Below, one piece after another: positions 28,899-39,051 of a DNA stretch of 64,000 nucleotides. Source of the DNA: an uncultured Verrucomicrobiae bacterium. Lineage in GTDB: Bacteria > Chlamydiota > Chlamydiia > Chlamydiales > Rhabdochlamydiaceae. Under the pieces are notes generated by a model. That model did no database searches and was not told the DNA's origin. It saw only the letters and a program-made list of their open reading frames with translations. Numbering within the stretch: the stretch's first letter is position 1; each line of letters begins with the position of its first letter. Location of the stretch: assembly GCA_963718565.1 (NCBI GenBank), contig OY970364.1, forward strand, positions 1,248,001-1,312,000, written 5' to 3'. Made by a program: the position numbers and the translations under genes.

Positions 28899-30736
28899 AC
28901 TCCGTCCTTTCAAAGGTGTGGATAGGTTGTATTTTAATGTGCATCTCTTGTCATGCAAAATCAATTTGCATTGATAATATTCAAGAATATGCAATTTTAG
29001 ACCAATTTTTTAGAATGACATTTTCATCTGAAGAATATGGTTATGTATTCGAAGGTTCCAAACCTATTTCTATAAGAAACTTTCTCGCTCTCGATTCTTT
29101 CCCAATATCAAAAGATTTGAAGTATGGGGAGAAACAATTCAATAATGCAGTCTTGGTCCGGCTAGCGATCCCCCTCTGGGATAAGTTTTGCGGTCAGCAG
29201 AAAAGTTTTGTTCTTAAGGTTATTACTTTAAATGGTCAAGTGTCGTCTTTTTTATCTCCTTTAGAAGTTGCCTTTATCAATGTTTCTCAACTTCAAGAAG
29301 TTGTTGAGAAAAATATCGATTTGTTTCGTTATATCCTTGGACCTACAAATACAATTCAAGGCATTGTGGATTCAATTGTTAATTCTAATCAATCTCTCAC
29401 CCACATTTTGAATCATGATCTTACTTTAATGGGCATAGTCCTTGGGTTCGGGTCTCATAATAGTATTGTGGGCGGAAGACAAGAAACAATTTATGCTCTA
29501 TCTATTTCTAAAGATTACCCCCCTTTTTCCCCTCAAAGTTATTTAATGCAAGATAGAAGCGAACACAGCCTAGACTTTCTCACTCCGGAAAGGTATGGCG
29601 CTTATTATTTAGAACTAGCAGGAGGAAATGATATTAATTTTAGAGTAGATTTTCCTCGACTCCAACCCCAAGCGGGATTTATTAATTTAATAGATGAACT
29701 GCATAGCATAGATCAACTAGAGGAACAAATCCTTCCTACTCTTTGGCAAGAACCTAAGTTCGTTTTCGGTGCCTTTAAAGGGGGGGCACCAAATCAACCA
29801 TTCTTTAAACAGCTGTGCGAAACACAAAAGAAAATTCGTTCTCTTCTTAACCATTCTCATTTTCTTGAATATGTATTGGAAAAAATTAATAAAGAACGTC
29901 CTGTGATTCGAATAAAAAAAGCAATTTCTAACAATTCATTTTCAATATCTTCAGAACTGTCCTCAGATATCTGGAATGAAATTCTACATAGCGTTGCCAA
30001 TCAATTTTCAGATAAAGAAAAGAAATCTGCTTTTATTAAAGCATTTAATCATCCAAGCAACAGTTATTGCAATCCCCCAACTATGATGGGCGTTTCAAAG
30101 GCTGCTTTAGAAGGATTAAAAAAAGCCAGAAGTAATCTCGCAAAGGCAGATCTGCAATTTGAGAAATTGTCACAAGACAGTGCATTGAAGGAACTTGTCT
30201 TTAAGCAGTTATATTTTAAAACTATTCTTCCAGGTAATGAAGAAAAATTGGGAAAAGAAGATCGAGTCCGCATCGGATTTGTAATTGAAGATATGGAAGA
30301 GAATATTCTTTTTGCCAACCATGATACTTGGGTACATCTTTCAGAAACTTTTCCCGGATTTGCCCATGGATTACAAGAAATGCATGTGCAAGAAAAGCGC
30401 ATTCTTTTTATTCATCCAGCATTAGCATATGGCGCTTTAACAAGCCTGCCTCCTTGTTCATCTCTTATGATCAAAGTGCAATTATTAGATATCGATTCAC
30501 AAAGTTTAGGAACGCTACTTCCCTTGAAGCCTCTTAACTTAAATTGGGTGCAAGACTCCTCTTTTTATAACAACATTGAAGAATCGCTTATTCAACAACC
30601 CTACTTTTCTGGCTTTTTTTACCGTCAAATGTTTAATAAAATGAATCAATCAAATTCATTGTCTCGAAAAGATAATTCAAAGTTCAAGTTATTTTCAGAA
30701 GAAGACCCCTTGAATGAAACTGTATACCAGAAGTGA
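28880..30736 (+). CDS. Large exported protein: uncharacterised N-domain plus FKBP/Mip-type domain
   Basis: GYVFEGSKPIS, NIDLFRYILGPT, MGIVLGFG; FKBP motif PGFAHGLQEM..EKRILFIHPALAYG..LPP. Confidence 0.78.
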   Translation: MCSIKINSVLSKVWIGCILMCISCHAKSICIDNIQEYAILDQFFRMTFSSEEYGYVFEGSKPISIRNFLALDSFPISKDLKYGEKQFNNAVLVRLAIPLWDKFCGQQKSFVLKVITLNGQVSSFLSPLEVAFINVSQLQEVVEKNIDLFRYILGPTNTIQGIVDSIVNSNQSLTHILNHDLTLMGIVLGFGSHNSIVGGRQETIYALSISKDYPPFSPQSYLMQDRSEHSLDFLTPERYGAYYLELAGGNDINFRVDFPRLQPQAGFINLIDELHSIDQLEEQILPTLWQEPKFVFGAFKGGAPNQPFFKQLCETQKKIRSLLNHSHFLEYVLEKINKERPVIRIKKAISNNSFSISSELSSDIWNEILHSVANQFSDKEKKSAFIKAFNHPSNSYCNPPTMMGVSKAALEGLKKARSNLAKADLQFEKLSQDSALKELVFKQLYFKTILPGNEEKLGKEDRVRIGFVIEDMEENILFANHDTWVHLSETFPGFAHGLQEMHVQEKRILFIHPALAYGALTSLPPCSSLMIKVQLLDIDSQSLGTLLPLKPLNLNWVQDSSFYNNIEESLIQQPYFSGFFYRQMFNKMNQSNSLSRKDNSKFKLFSEEDPLNETVYQK

Positions 30737-30939
30737 TTAAGAAAAAATTCATATTTTAAATCGATGAATACATATCATTCGTTTAAACAATCGAAGTCCA
30801 GAACAAAACTCATTTGTTTTTCTAAAAGAAAAAATAAAATTTTGACAAAATACGTAAAAAATGTTTTAAACATTTAATATAGGTTCTTATATTTCAAGAA
30901 TCTTGAGTTAATAAATTTATAATAGGTAAGAAAAGAAAT

Positions 30940-31112
30940 TATACCGAAACAATATGAAGAATCGAAATTTTGGCAAAGCTGGCGCCCAGAGTTTGAACCA
31001 GCGAAGCGACGTCGAAGCAGCGCAACTTGAATAAGTTGTGCGATGCAGGCGGGTTCAAAATCTGGGATGTCCAGCGCAGCCAAAAACCGATTCTTCATGT
31101 TGTTTCGGTATA
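30940..31112. repeat. Palindromic element family B (173 bp)
   Basis: IRs tataccgaaacaatatgaagaatcg / cgattcttcatgttgtttcggtata; half copy at 42003-42098. Confidence 0.9.
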
Positions 31113-31125
31113 AAGGAGATAAGAT

Positions 31126-31518
31126 ATGATTAGATCAGGTGAAGAAATATTAGCGGACATCGATGGAACTCTTGACCAGCTCATTGAAAATGCTGACGTG
31201 CTTAAGCAGATCTCGCTAACCACGTTGTATGTAAACGAGGTCGAAGCTCTGCAAAAAACGCAGGAAAGCTTGCTCGCGCGCCTCGTTCATATGAACGATT
31301 TTTTAAAAAGTCAAAAGCTGGAAGAAAGTCAAGAACCGTTTGAAAGCATTGAGAAGAAGATCCTGCGTTTTGGCAAATTAAATGCGCAGATTATCCACCA
31401 TGCCGCTGCTAAAATGAGACGCGCGAAAAAAAGCCGACAGCCCCATGTGCGGCCGCATCGCAGAAAAGTTAAAGTCCGTTCTCTAAAAACTGAGGAGACT
31501 GCGAATCCCCTCTTCTAG
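31126..31518 (+). CDS. Hypothetical helical protein
   Basis: RBS aaggag; 130-aa ORF with LQKTQESLLARL. Confidence 0.65.
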   Translation: MIRSGEEILADIDGTLDQLIENADVLKQISLTTLYVNEVEALQKTQESLLARLVHMNDFLKSQKLEESQEPFESIEKKILRFGKLNAQIIHHAAAKMRRAKKSRQPHVRPHRRKVKVRSLKTEETANPLF

Positions 31519-33534
31519 GTCCTTGAGCTGTGGGAGTATTTCGTCCTCGAGATCTTTACAATAGGGAACTGGACAATCTTTTCCTGTCACGCGCTTCACA
31601 GGCGCATCTAAATATAGAAAGGCCTCTTCCACAATTTGCGCAGAGATCTCCGCACCGAAACCGCAATTCCGCGGTGCTTCATGTGCGACAAGGAGCTTCC
31701 CAGTTTTACGGATCGACTGCAAAACCGTTTGCAAATCCAATGGCACGATGGTGCGAAGATCGATGACCTCTACTGACATTCCCTCTTTAGCAAGCGTTTC
31801 GGCTATTTGTGAGGCCATGAAGACCATCATGCCCCAGCAAACAACGGTGATATCGTCGCCGCTGCGAACGATTTTAGCTTTTCCGAATGGCTGCAATTCA
31901 TTTTCTTTCGGTTCTTTTCGGGCGCAAAAGACACGCTGGCGATAAAGAGCTTTATGCTCCAGAAAAACAACAGGGTTTGGATCGCGGATAGCTGCTTTGA
32001 GGAGGCGTTTGGCATCAGCAGCATTGCTTGGGATGACGACTTTAAGGCCTGGGGCATGAGCTAAAAAAGCTTCGATACTTTGCGAATGATAAGGACCACC
32101 CTGGATATAACCTCCATAGGGCATGCGAAGAACAACGGGACAATGCCACTCGCCGTTCGCGCGATAATATAGGCTAGCAAGCTCATTGAACAATTGATTG
32201 ACACCTGTCCACATGTAATCTGCAAATTGAATTTCTGCGACAGGTTTACAGCCAGCCATCGACATGCCCATGGCAATTCCGATAATACTTGATTCGGCAA
32301 GCGGTGAGTTAAAACAACGAGAAACCCCATATTTTGCTGTCAAATGGCGCGTGATTCCAAAGACACCGCCTTTTTCATGAGCCACGTCCTGGCCGAACAC
32401 GACGACTTGGGAATCGCGTTTCATCTCTTCATCTAAAGCATGGTTAAGCGCGTCCATCATGACAATGCCATCTACTGCTGAGGGAGAATCTTCTTCTGGG
32501 AAAGGAACGAATAGAGAAGGGTCGACCTCTTTAAAGACGCCTTTTGTTGCAGTTGCTTTTTCGGGAAATGGAATCTGTTCTGCTTCTAAAGAGGCCGTTT
32601 CCACTTGATGCAGGCACCGCTCTTTCATCGTTTCCATTTCTTCTTCAGTGATGAGACCCATATTGATCAGCCATGCTTCAAAACGCGGGATAGGATCCCT
32701 TGCTTTTTCTTCTTCAATGCATGTCTTTTCTTTGTATTTTGATGGGTCGTCGCTACTACTGTGTGCTCCAATACGGGGTACCTTAGCGATGATCAGACTA
32801 GGTCCGGCCTTGGCACGTCCTTTTTCTACAGCAGTTGTAAAGGCTCTTGAAAGTTCTTCATAACTGCACCCATCGACATCAAAAACTGAAAGTCCCTCGT
32901 AGCCTTGCGCCATTTTGACGACTGTGCCACCGGCTGTTTGTTCTTTTACTGGCACCGAAATCGCCCAACCGTTGTCTTGAATGACAAAGATCACGCTTAA
33001 AGCGTGAAGACAAGAAAAATTGAGTGCTTCATGAAAATCTCCTTGAGATGTGGCTCCGTCGCCTGCGGAAACGTAGACGATTTCATCTTTACCGGAAAGC
33101 TGAATCCCTTTGGCAACGCCAACTGCTTGTAAAAACTGCGATCCGACACAGCTCGACTGACACGGAATACGCAACCCCTTATGCGTAAAATGTTCGGGCA
33201 TCATTCTCCCTCCTGAATGATGGGGAACTGCGCGTGCTAGGCAAGCGCCGATAATATCCCGGAGAGAACAACCCAATCCAATAGCAAAAGCACGGTCGCG
33301 GTAATAAGGAAGGCCCCAATCTTTGCCAGGAATCAACGAAAGCGCGCAAACAGCACCGACCATTTCATGACCGGAAACGCTGAGATGAAAAGTTCCTCCT
33401 TTATTCTGGCGAATCAGCTTCTGCATCTTTTCATCAGCAAAGCGCGTCCAATACATCACCTCGAGAGCTTTGAGACACTTCTCTTTGCCGTTTAACTGCT
33501 GTTCTTCGATCACTTCGAGATCTGGATATCTCAT
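31483..33534 (-). CDS. 2-oxoacid dehydrogenase E1 alpha/beta fusion (chlamydial pdhA/B, branched-chain type)
   Basis: PYYRD, GDGATSQGDFHE..N TPP motif, HSSSDD; beta part FGQDV, EIQFADY, HSQS. Confidence 0.92.
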   Translation of the reverse strand: MRYPDLEVIEEQQLNGKEKCLKALEVMYWTRFADEKMQKLIRQNKGGTFHLSVSGHEMVGAVCALSLIPGKDWGLPYYRDRAFAIGLGCSLRDIIGACLARAVPHHSGGRMMPEHFTHKGLRIPCQSSCVGSQFLQAVGVAKGIQLSGKDEIVYVSAGDGATSQGDFHEALNFSCLHALSVIFVIQDNGWAISVPVKEQTAGGTVVKMAQGYEGLSVFDVDGCSYEELSRAFTTAVEKGRAKAGPSLIIAKVPRIGAHSSSDDPSKYKEKTCIEEEKARDPIPRFEAWLINMGLITEEEMETMKERCLHQVETASLEAEQIPFPEKATATKGVFKEVDPSLFVPFPEEDSPSAVDGIVMMDALNHALDEEMKRDSQVVVFGQDVAHEKGGVFGITRHLTAKYGVSRCFNSPLAESSIIGIAMGMSMAGCKPVAEIQFADYMWTGVNQLFNELASLYYRANGEWHCPVVLRMPYGGYIQGGPYHSQSIEAFLAHAPGLKVVIPSNAADAKRLLKAAIRDPNPVVFLEHKALYRQRVFCARKEPKENELQPFGKAKIVRSGDDITVVCWGMMVFMASQIAETLAKEGMSVEVIDLRTIVPLDLQTVLQSIRKTGKLLVAHEAPRNCGFGAEISAQIVEEAFLYLDAPVKRVTGKDCPVPYCKDLEDEILPQLKDLEEGIRSLLSF

Positions 33535-34673
33535 GATTTCTTCTTGGGTTTTTTAGATTCGATCTTGGTCACCATCTTGACGCCAGGTTTCTTAGCTTCC
33601 GTCTCAGGTTTTGCTGGCGGTTTTTCTTTTTTCTTGCCGCCTGGAAGAAATCCTTTAACCACTTCCATAATTCCACGCTTCTTAGCAGGATGTTCGGCCT
33701 CTTCCAACTCCTCCTCTGGCTCCTTCACTTCTTCCGTTTTCTTGCTGACAGCTTTAATTAAACGCCCTTCTACGCCGCCAGTAAGATCTTCCAGTCCAGC
33801 CAATCTGCTTGAAAGAGTTCTCAGCGATTCCAGCCGCTCTGAGAGTGCTTGCAGCCTCGTGTCAATTTTAACACGCGTGCTTCCGCGCAGGCTGGCAAGA
33901 AGTTGCGCTTCAGTATCAAATTTAGCCGAAAATGTCACGCTGGCTGCGCTCGTAATTTCAGGCAAATAGAGAAACAGGCGGCACGCAGGCGGAACGGTGG
34001 TATACATATCGACAGTGACTTGTGGCTCTACTTCGACTTTGGCGACTTGTTTGGGCGGCCTTCCTCGTTTGGGTCGTGGATTTAACGCTTCGTTGGAATA
34101 ATACGTCTTTGCTTTTGCAACCAATGCTTCTCGGACAGTTACGATCTCTTTAGGCACTTTGGAGTCGAAGAGATGCCGCTTAAGCTTCTCCATCATGTTT
34201 TTGTTGACGTCGAGATCTTCTTCAAAAACAAACTGAACACTTTGAGAACGCAACCATTCGATGATGCGGATCCGCGAGCGTTCCACGTAATACTGTTGCC
34301 ACTTTTCAAGTTCGGTCAAATGATCGTAAATAAATTCTAAGAAATTTTCCCGCGCTTCTTTTGATTGGATGATATCGAGAAGCTTTTCCTTGGTATCGAT
34401 GTCGTACACTTTTTCATTAACAAAACCCTCCATGAATTTTTTTGTTTCATAGAAAGTCATTTTTGGAAGCAGGTAATAGCGCTCGGCATTGGCCGTTAGT
34501 TCTGCGTCTAAATCGTCGAGTTCCTTTTGCCCCTTGTCCAAATCCACATACACAATAAACCCTTCGATCTTATCAAGATAAAAATCACGTTCGTCATCGG
34601 ATTTGGCAAATGCATCCATGAGGCGATGATAGCGAAGAAGAAGGGGGTTTTGTGCGACTGGAAATTTAGACAT
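33531..34673 (-). CDS. UPF0158-family chlamydial protein
   Basis: AFAKSDDERDFYLD...NPRPKRGRPPK. Confidence 0.8.
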   Translation of the reverse strand: MSKFPVAQNPLLLRYHRLMDAFAKSDDERDFYLDKIEGFIVYVDLDKGQKELDDLDAELTANAERYYLLPKMTFYETKKFMEGFVNEKVYDIDTKEKLLDIIQSKEARENFLEFIYDHLTELEKWQQYYVERSRIRIIEWLRSQSVQFVFEEDLDVNKNMMEKLKRHLFDSKVPKEIVTVREALVAKAKTYYSNEALNPRPKRGRPPKQVAKVEVEPQVTVDMYTTVPPACRLFLYLPEITSAASVTFSAKFDTEAQLLASLRGSTRVKIDTRLQALSERLESLRTLSSRLAGLEDLTGGVEGRLIKAVSKKTEEVKEPEEELEEAEHPAKKRGIMEVVKGFLPGGKKKEKPPAKPETEAKKPGVKMVTKIESKKPKKKS

Positions 34674-34746
34674 AGATGATCCTTAGTTTTAGGTGAGGTT
34701 AACATAGAATCCCCCTCAATTCAAGGACAAAAGCCATAGATGTAAA

Positions 34747-35976
34747 TTATTTATTATATTGAATAATTTCTTTGCTCTTTTTAAATACCCTTAAAAACAC
34801 AATAAACGCCCCAAGCATAGTTGCAACTGCGACAGTGATGGGCAGGTGCGGAAAAATGGCAACTGCGGACCCCGAAAACAGGGGGATAAACCCAATCGCA
34901 GCCCATTGGATGGAGTTATGGATGCCTAAAACCTCGCCTTGAGCTTCTTTTGAACTCAAATTGGAAACTAGCGTCGAAGCGGCGGGGAAAATCATCGATT
35001 CGAAGAATGCTAAAGCGGGTAGTAGAGCAAACAGCATCCAGGCTTCATGAATAAAGAGCATCCAGGGCATCACGAGAGCCATCCCGAGTAATGCACACGG
35101 AAGGAGGACCTGGGGCGGAAAACGATTTAAAAAGGGACGGATTAATAGCCCTTGGCAAATGGCGATCCACAAACCAACCCAAGCAAAAAAATTGGCGATT
35201 TCTCCCAATTCAAGCCCAAGGTGCTCCATCAGAAAAACAGGACAAAATTCCGTAAAAAAACCCCATCCCAAACTAAAAATAAACATGACGGTAAATATCC
35301 CTCGAAGCTTTGGGGTCGTAAAGGCTTTTTTAAGATGTTCAAAGCCGGCGGCCCAATTGACTTTTGCCATCAAATTCCTCGGAAGTGACTCCTCAAGGCG
35401 CCATAGCAATAAGACAAAGTTGATCAAACATAAAGCGCTAGCGACCCAAAAAGGCGTAGCCAAATCCCCTCCTAATGAAAACTGCGGATCGGATAGCTTT
35501 CCTCCTAGAAACGGGCCGATAATAAAACCTGTTCCCCATGCCATGCCGAGCAAACCAAAATTTTTAGTTTTTTCTTCATCTGAACTGCGATCGACGATAA
35601 TCGATTGAGCAATGGACCAATTGGCTGCAGCCCACCCGCTGATGAGCCTCGCCCCAAGAATCAGCCATACATTTTTCACTAGGATGCCCACACCGATCAA
35701 TGAATAGGCAATGACTGCAAGCAAAAGAGTCGCTAATAGAATTTTCTTTCTACCTTTACGGTCGGACAAAGCCCCTAAAACGGGTCCTCCAAAAAATTGT
35801 CCCAAGCAAAAAGATGAGATCAACAAACCGAAAATCCAACCGCGCATCGAAAGCGACGTATCTCCCCATAAAATGCTGAGCTCAGGGTTCATGATCAACG
35901 CAGAAAAAATCGGAAATGCCAACCCAAAGCCGAGGCTGTCGATAAACACTGTCATCAAGAGAGGTAAAAAGCGCAT
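34747..35976 (-). CDS. MFS transporter (TetA/DHA1-like)
   Basis: GALSDRKGRK motif A; GFIIGPFLGG motif C; about 12 TMs. Confidence 0.9.
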   Translation of the reverse strand: MRFLPLLMTVFIDSLGFGLAFPIFSALIMNPELSILWGDTSLSMRGWIFGLLISSFCLGQFFGGPVLGALSDRKGRKKILLATLLLAVIAYSLIGVGILVKNVWLILGARLISGWAAANWSIAQSIIVDRSSDEEKTKNFGLLGMAWGTGFIIGPFLGGKLSDPQFSLGGDLATPFWVASALCLINFVLLLWRLEESLPRNLMAKVNWAAGFEHLKKAFTTPKLRGIFTVMFIFSLGWGFFTEFCPVFLMEHLGLELGEIANFFAWVGLWIAICQGLLIRPFLNRFPPQVLLPCALLGMALVMPWMLFIHEAWMLFALLPALAFFESMIFPAASTLVSNLSSKEAQGEVLGIHNSIQWAAIGFIPLFSGSAVAIFPHLPITVAVATMLGAFIVFLRVFKKSKEIIQYNK

Positions 35977-36088
35977 AAAAAAAGTCAGAAATTTTTACCA
36001 TCTTACCCTAAAAACCAACAAAAGACAATATCTTGCTTTATCTAGGGTGTAAATAAAAGTGTTGTACGTCCAGCATTTATCTGATGCA

Positions 36089-36395
36089 ATCTCAAGGTTT
36101 TTTAGACGGGCTCTGTGAGTCGACGCGAAAAGGGACCCGCCAATCGAGACGAAGTCCGGGCGGGAGTGAACGCACGAACAGCCAATGGAATCAGATCGCA
36201 CAGCAAAATCGCAGCGCAGGAGAGCGCGGTCAGCGCATGGGGGGGATCAGTGCTTTGCACGGCCCCCCGACGAGCACGCGATTTGGCACAGCGAGATGAT
36301 TCTCAAAGGGGCCAGCAGGGGGTTCCGAGAGCGACACGTGAGTGCTCTCCTGAACCCCCGACATGTGAAAAAGAGAGCGCATTCAAGATTTTAGA
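36089..36395. other. GC-rich, multi-hairpin intergenic element (ncRNA or MITE, unassigned)
   Basis: Nested stems aatca/tgatt, aaatcgc/gcgattt, ggggg..gtgc-ttt-gcac..ccccc, ggggttc.gagagc/gctctc..gaacccc. Confidence 0.45.
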
Positions 36396-36431
36396 AAAAT
36401 TATAATGTCTTGTACCTTGCTCTCCATTCAA

Positions 36432-36460
36432 TTGACATTTAGAAATTAAGCTTTTATATT
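36432..36460 (+). promoter_or_regulatory. serS promoter
   Basis: TTGACA-N17-TATATT. Confidence 0.65.
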
Positions 36461-36490
36461 CGGTGGCTATTAGATTGAGGGGTTCATCGC

Positions 36491-37768
36491 ATGATCGATA
36501 TCAGGCTGATTCGCGCGGATAAAGCGGCCGTGGAAAAAAAATTAAAAACCAAAGATCCCGAGATCGATCTTTCATCCATCGTCGCTCTGGATGAGCGCAT
36601 CCGCATGATCAAGATGAACGTCGAAGAACTGAAAGCAGCTCGCAATCACCTCTCTAAAGAAATTGGAGAAAAAAAACGCCAAAAGCAGGACGTTTCTGAG
36701 TGGATGAAAGAAGTGGCTGGGCTTGGAGACAAAATCGCCCTCTTAGACCAAGAACTTTCTACGCTTGAGCAGGAATGGAATCAAACATTGGCAAATTTGC
36801 CCAATTTACCCCGAGATGAGATCAAAGTTTCTTTTGATCCCAAAGATAATGTTTGCATCAAGACATTCGGTCAAAAAAGAGAATTTCCATTTCCTTTCAA
36901 AAATCATGTTGAACTCAATGAACGTCTTTGTCTGTTCGATTTTAAACGCGGCGCTAAAGTTGCCGGTAGCGGTTGGCCTGTTTATCGCGACATGGGAGCC
37001 CGTCTTGAGTGGGCATTGATCAATTACATGCTCGACATCCATCTGGAAAATGGATTTCAGATGTGGATGCCTCCTCATCTTGTTCGTCCAGAAATCATGT
37101 TCGGCTCCGGACAACTTCCAAAATTCGAAAAGCAGCTGTTCAAAATCTCTGACGAAGACTACCAACTCTATCTGATTCCGACATCTGAGGTCGCGCTGAA
37201 TGGATTGTTCTACGATGAAATCTTCAAAGAGGAAGAACTCCCAAAGAGATTTGTCGCCTATACGCCTTGTTTTAGAAGAGAAGCAGGTGCAGCCGGTTCG
37301 CAAGAACGCGGTCTGATCCGCGTGCATCAGTTCAACAAAGTAGAAATGTTTGCATTTACCAAGCCAGATCAAAGTGATCAAGTCTTTGATCAAATGATGG
37401 CAAGCGCTGAAATGATCCTGCAAGGGCTTAACATGCATTACCGCAACATGCTGCTAGTCACTGGGGACATGTCATTTGCTGCTGCCAAAACCGTCGACAT
37501 CGAAGTCTACTTGCCCGGTCAAAACCGCTATTATGAAGTCTCTTCTGTTTCCAATTGCACCGACTACCAAGCGCGGCGCTCTCATATCCGCTATCGCCAT
37601 AAAGAAGAGAAGCCGGAACTTGTTCATACTTTGAATGGATCAGGCCTTGCGACATCGCGTCTCATGGTGGCATTGCTTGAGAATAATCAAAATGAAGATG
37701 GTTCAGTAACTCTGCCTGTGGTATTACACAAATATATGAATGGAATTAAAGAGCTGCGTCCTTCATGA
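36491..37768 (+). CDS. serS: Seryl-tRNA synthetase
   Basis: LIPTSEV, FRREAG, RVHQFNKVE, HTLNGSGLA. Confidence 0.97.
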   Translation: MIDIRLIRADKAAVEKKLKTKDPEIDLSSIVALDERIRMIKMNVEELKAARNHLSKEIGEKKRQKQDVSEWMKEVAGLGDKIALLDQELSTLEQEWNQTLANLPNLPRDEIKVSFDPKDNVCIKTFGQKREFPFPFKNHVELNERLCLFDFKRGAKVAGSGWPVYRDMGARLEWALINYMLDIHLENGFQMWMPPHLVRPEIMFGSGQLPKFEKQLFKISDEDYQLYLIPTSEVALNGLFYDEIFKEEELPKRFVAYTPCFRREAGAAGSQERGLIRVHQFNKVEMFAFTKPDQSDQVFDQMMASAEMILQGLNMHYRNMLLVTGDMSFAAAKTVDIEVYLPGQNRYYEVSSVSNCTDYQARRSHIRYRHKEEKPELVHTLNGSGLATSRLMVALLENNQNEDGSVTLPVVLHKYMNGIKELRPS

Positions 37769-39048
37769 GTCATCTATTGACTGATTTCAAAACGTTCCTC
37801 GATTCTTCCCCGACCTCTTGGCATGCGGTTAAAGAGATCGGAAACCGTTTGGCGCTTCGAGAATTTCATCCGTTGGGTGAAGAAGAAAGATGGCCTCTCG
37901 AATTGGGGAAAAAATATTTCGTGACAAGAGGCGGAGCGCTGTGCGCATTTGCTTTGCCTTCAGTGAAACCGATTCAGGCGATCATTTTAGCTTCTCACAC
38001 GGATAGTCCCGCGCTTAAACTGAAACCCATTCCCGCTTACCAAAAAGCCAATATGACCCAATTCGGGGTCGAAGTTTACGGAAGTCCTCTACTGACTTCT
38101 TGGCTAAACCGTGACTTGGCGCTGGCAGGCAGGGTTGTGACCACAACTGGCTCTGGCAAACTCGAGGAACGGCTCGTCTATTTAGACGATGCTCTATTCT
38201 TTATCCCGCAGCTTGCGGTCCATCTTGACCGCGAGGTCAATGAAAAAGGACTTCATCTGAATAAACAGGATCATTTGAGCCCGATTGTTGGATTGACAGA
38301 AGATTCCAAAATGCCACTCGAAGTTTTAGAGAAGTTATTGAGGCGCCATCTTTCTTTCCACTCTTTGCTTTCCTTTGAGCTTTTTCTTGTTCCTCATGAG
38401 CCGTCACGATTTGTCGGAATCGAAAATGAAATGCTCGCCTCTTATCGTATCGACAATCTCGCAAGTGTCCACGCGGTGCTAAGTGCCATGGGATTTTTAG
38501 ATAAACCGGCGCATCAAAGGCTGCAACTTTCTCTGTTTTGGGACAACGAAGAAATTGGCTCGCGCACCAAAGAAGGAGCGGCTTCTCCCTTTTTAAACCA
38601 TGTTTTAGAAAGAATTGCCTATTCACTGAACATCAATCCTGAAGAACAGCTCCTTTTAAAAAACCATTCCCTTTGTGTCTCCATCGATATGGCGCATGCT
38701 TTAAACCCCAATTATCCTAAAAAATACGAGCCTCATCATACTCCTCTTCTTGGAAAAGGAATTGTGATCAAGTACAATGCCGATCAAAAATATGCCTCCA
38801 ATGCTCTTTCCGCAGCAATCATCGTCCAAGCCTGCCAAACGCTGAACCTCTCTTATCAATCTTATGTGTGTCGATCCGATTTGCCTTGTGGGAGCACTGT
38901 GGGGCCAATTGTCGCACAAAGCACGGGGATTAATACTGTGGATATTGGCTGCCCGCAACTTTCCATGCATTCTGCCCGCGAAGTGATGGCAACTCAAGAC
39001 CATCTCGACATGGTAAGACTTCTCACTCATCTTCTCCAGGAAGGTTAG
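37765..39048 (+). CDS. M18-family aminopeptidase
   Basis: SHTDSP, RIDNL, DNEEIGS, DMAHA, LSMHSARE. Confidence 0.92.
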   Translation: MSHLLTDFKTFLDSSPTSWHAVKEIGNRLALREFHPLGEEERWPLELGKKYFVTRGGALCAFALPSVKPIQAIILASHTDSPALKLKPIPAYQKANMTQFGVEVYGSPLLTSWLNRDLALAGRVVTTTGSGKLEERLVYLDDALFFIPQLAVHLDREVNEKGLHLNKQDHLSPIVGLTEDSKMPLEVLEKLLRRHLSFHSLLSFELFLVPHEPSRFVGIENEMLASYRIDNLASVHAVLSAMGFLDKPAHQRLQLSLFWDNEEIGSRTKEGAASPFLNHVLERIAYSLNINPEEQLLLKNHSLCVSIDMAHALNPNYPKKYEPHHTPLLGKGIVIKYNADQKYASNALSAAIIVQACQTLNLSYQSYVCRSDLPCGSTVGPIVAQSTGINTVDIGCPQLSMHSAREVMATQDHLDMVRLLTHLLQEG

Positions 39049-39051
39049 ATC

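Noticed and set aside
30874..31098. 74-aa ORF, and likewise 43809-44009, 44010-44327 and 27725-28039
   Set aside because: Read-throughs of repeat or IS remnants.
36140..36365. RNase P RNA (gaagtccgggc resembles GAGGAAAGUCCGGGC) or a serS T-box
   Set aside because: The P4 partner (AGAAnnCGGCUUA) and the T-box GGTGGNACC motif are absent, and the serS promoter lies downstream.
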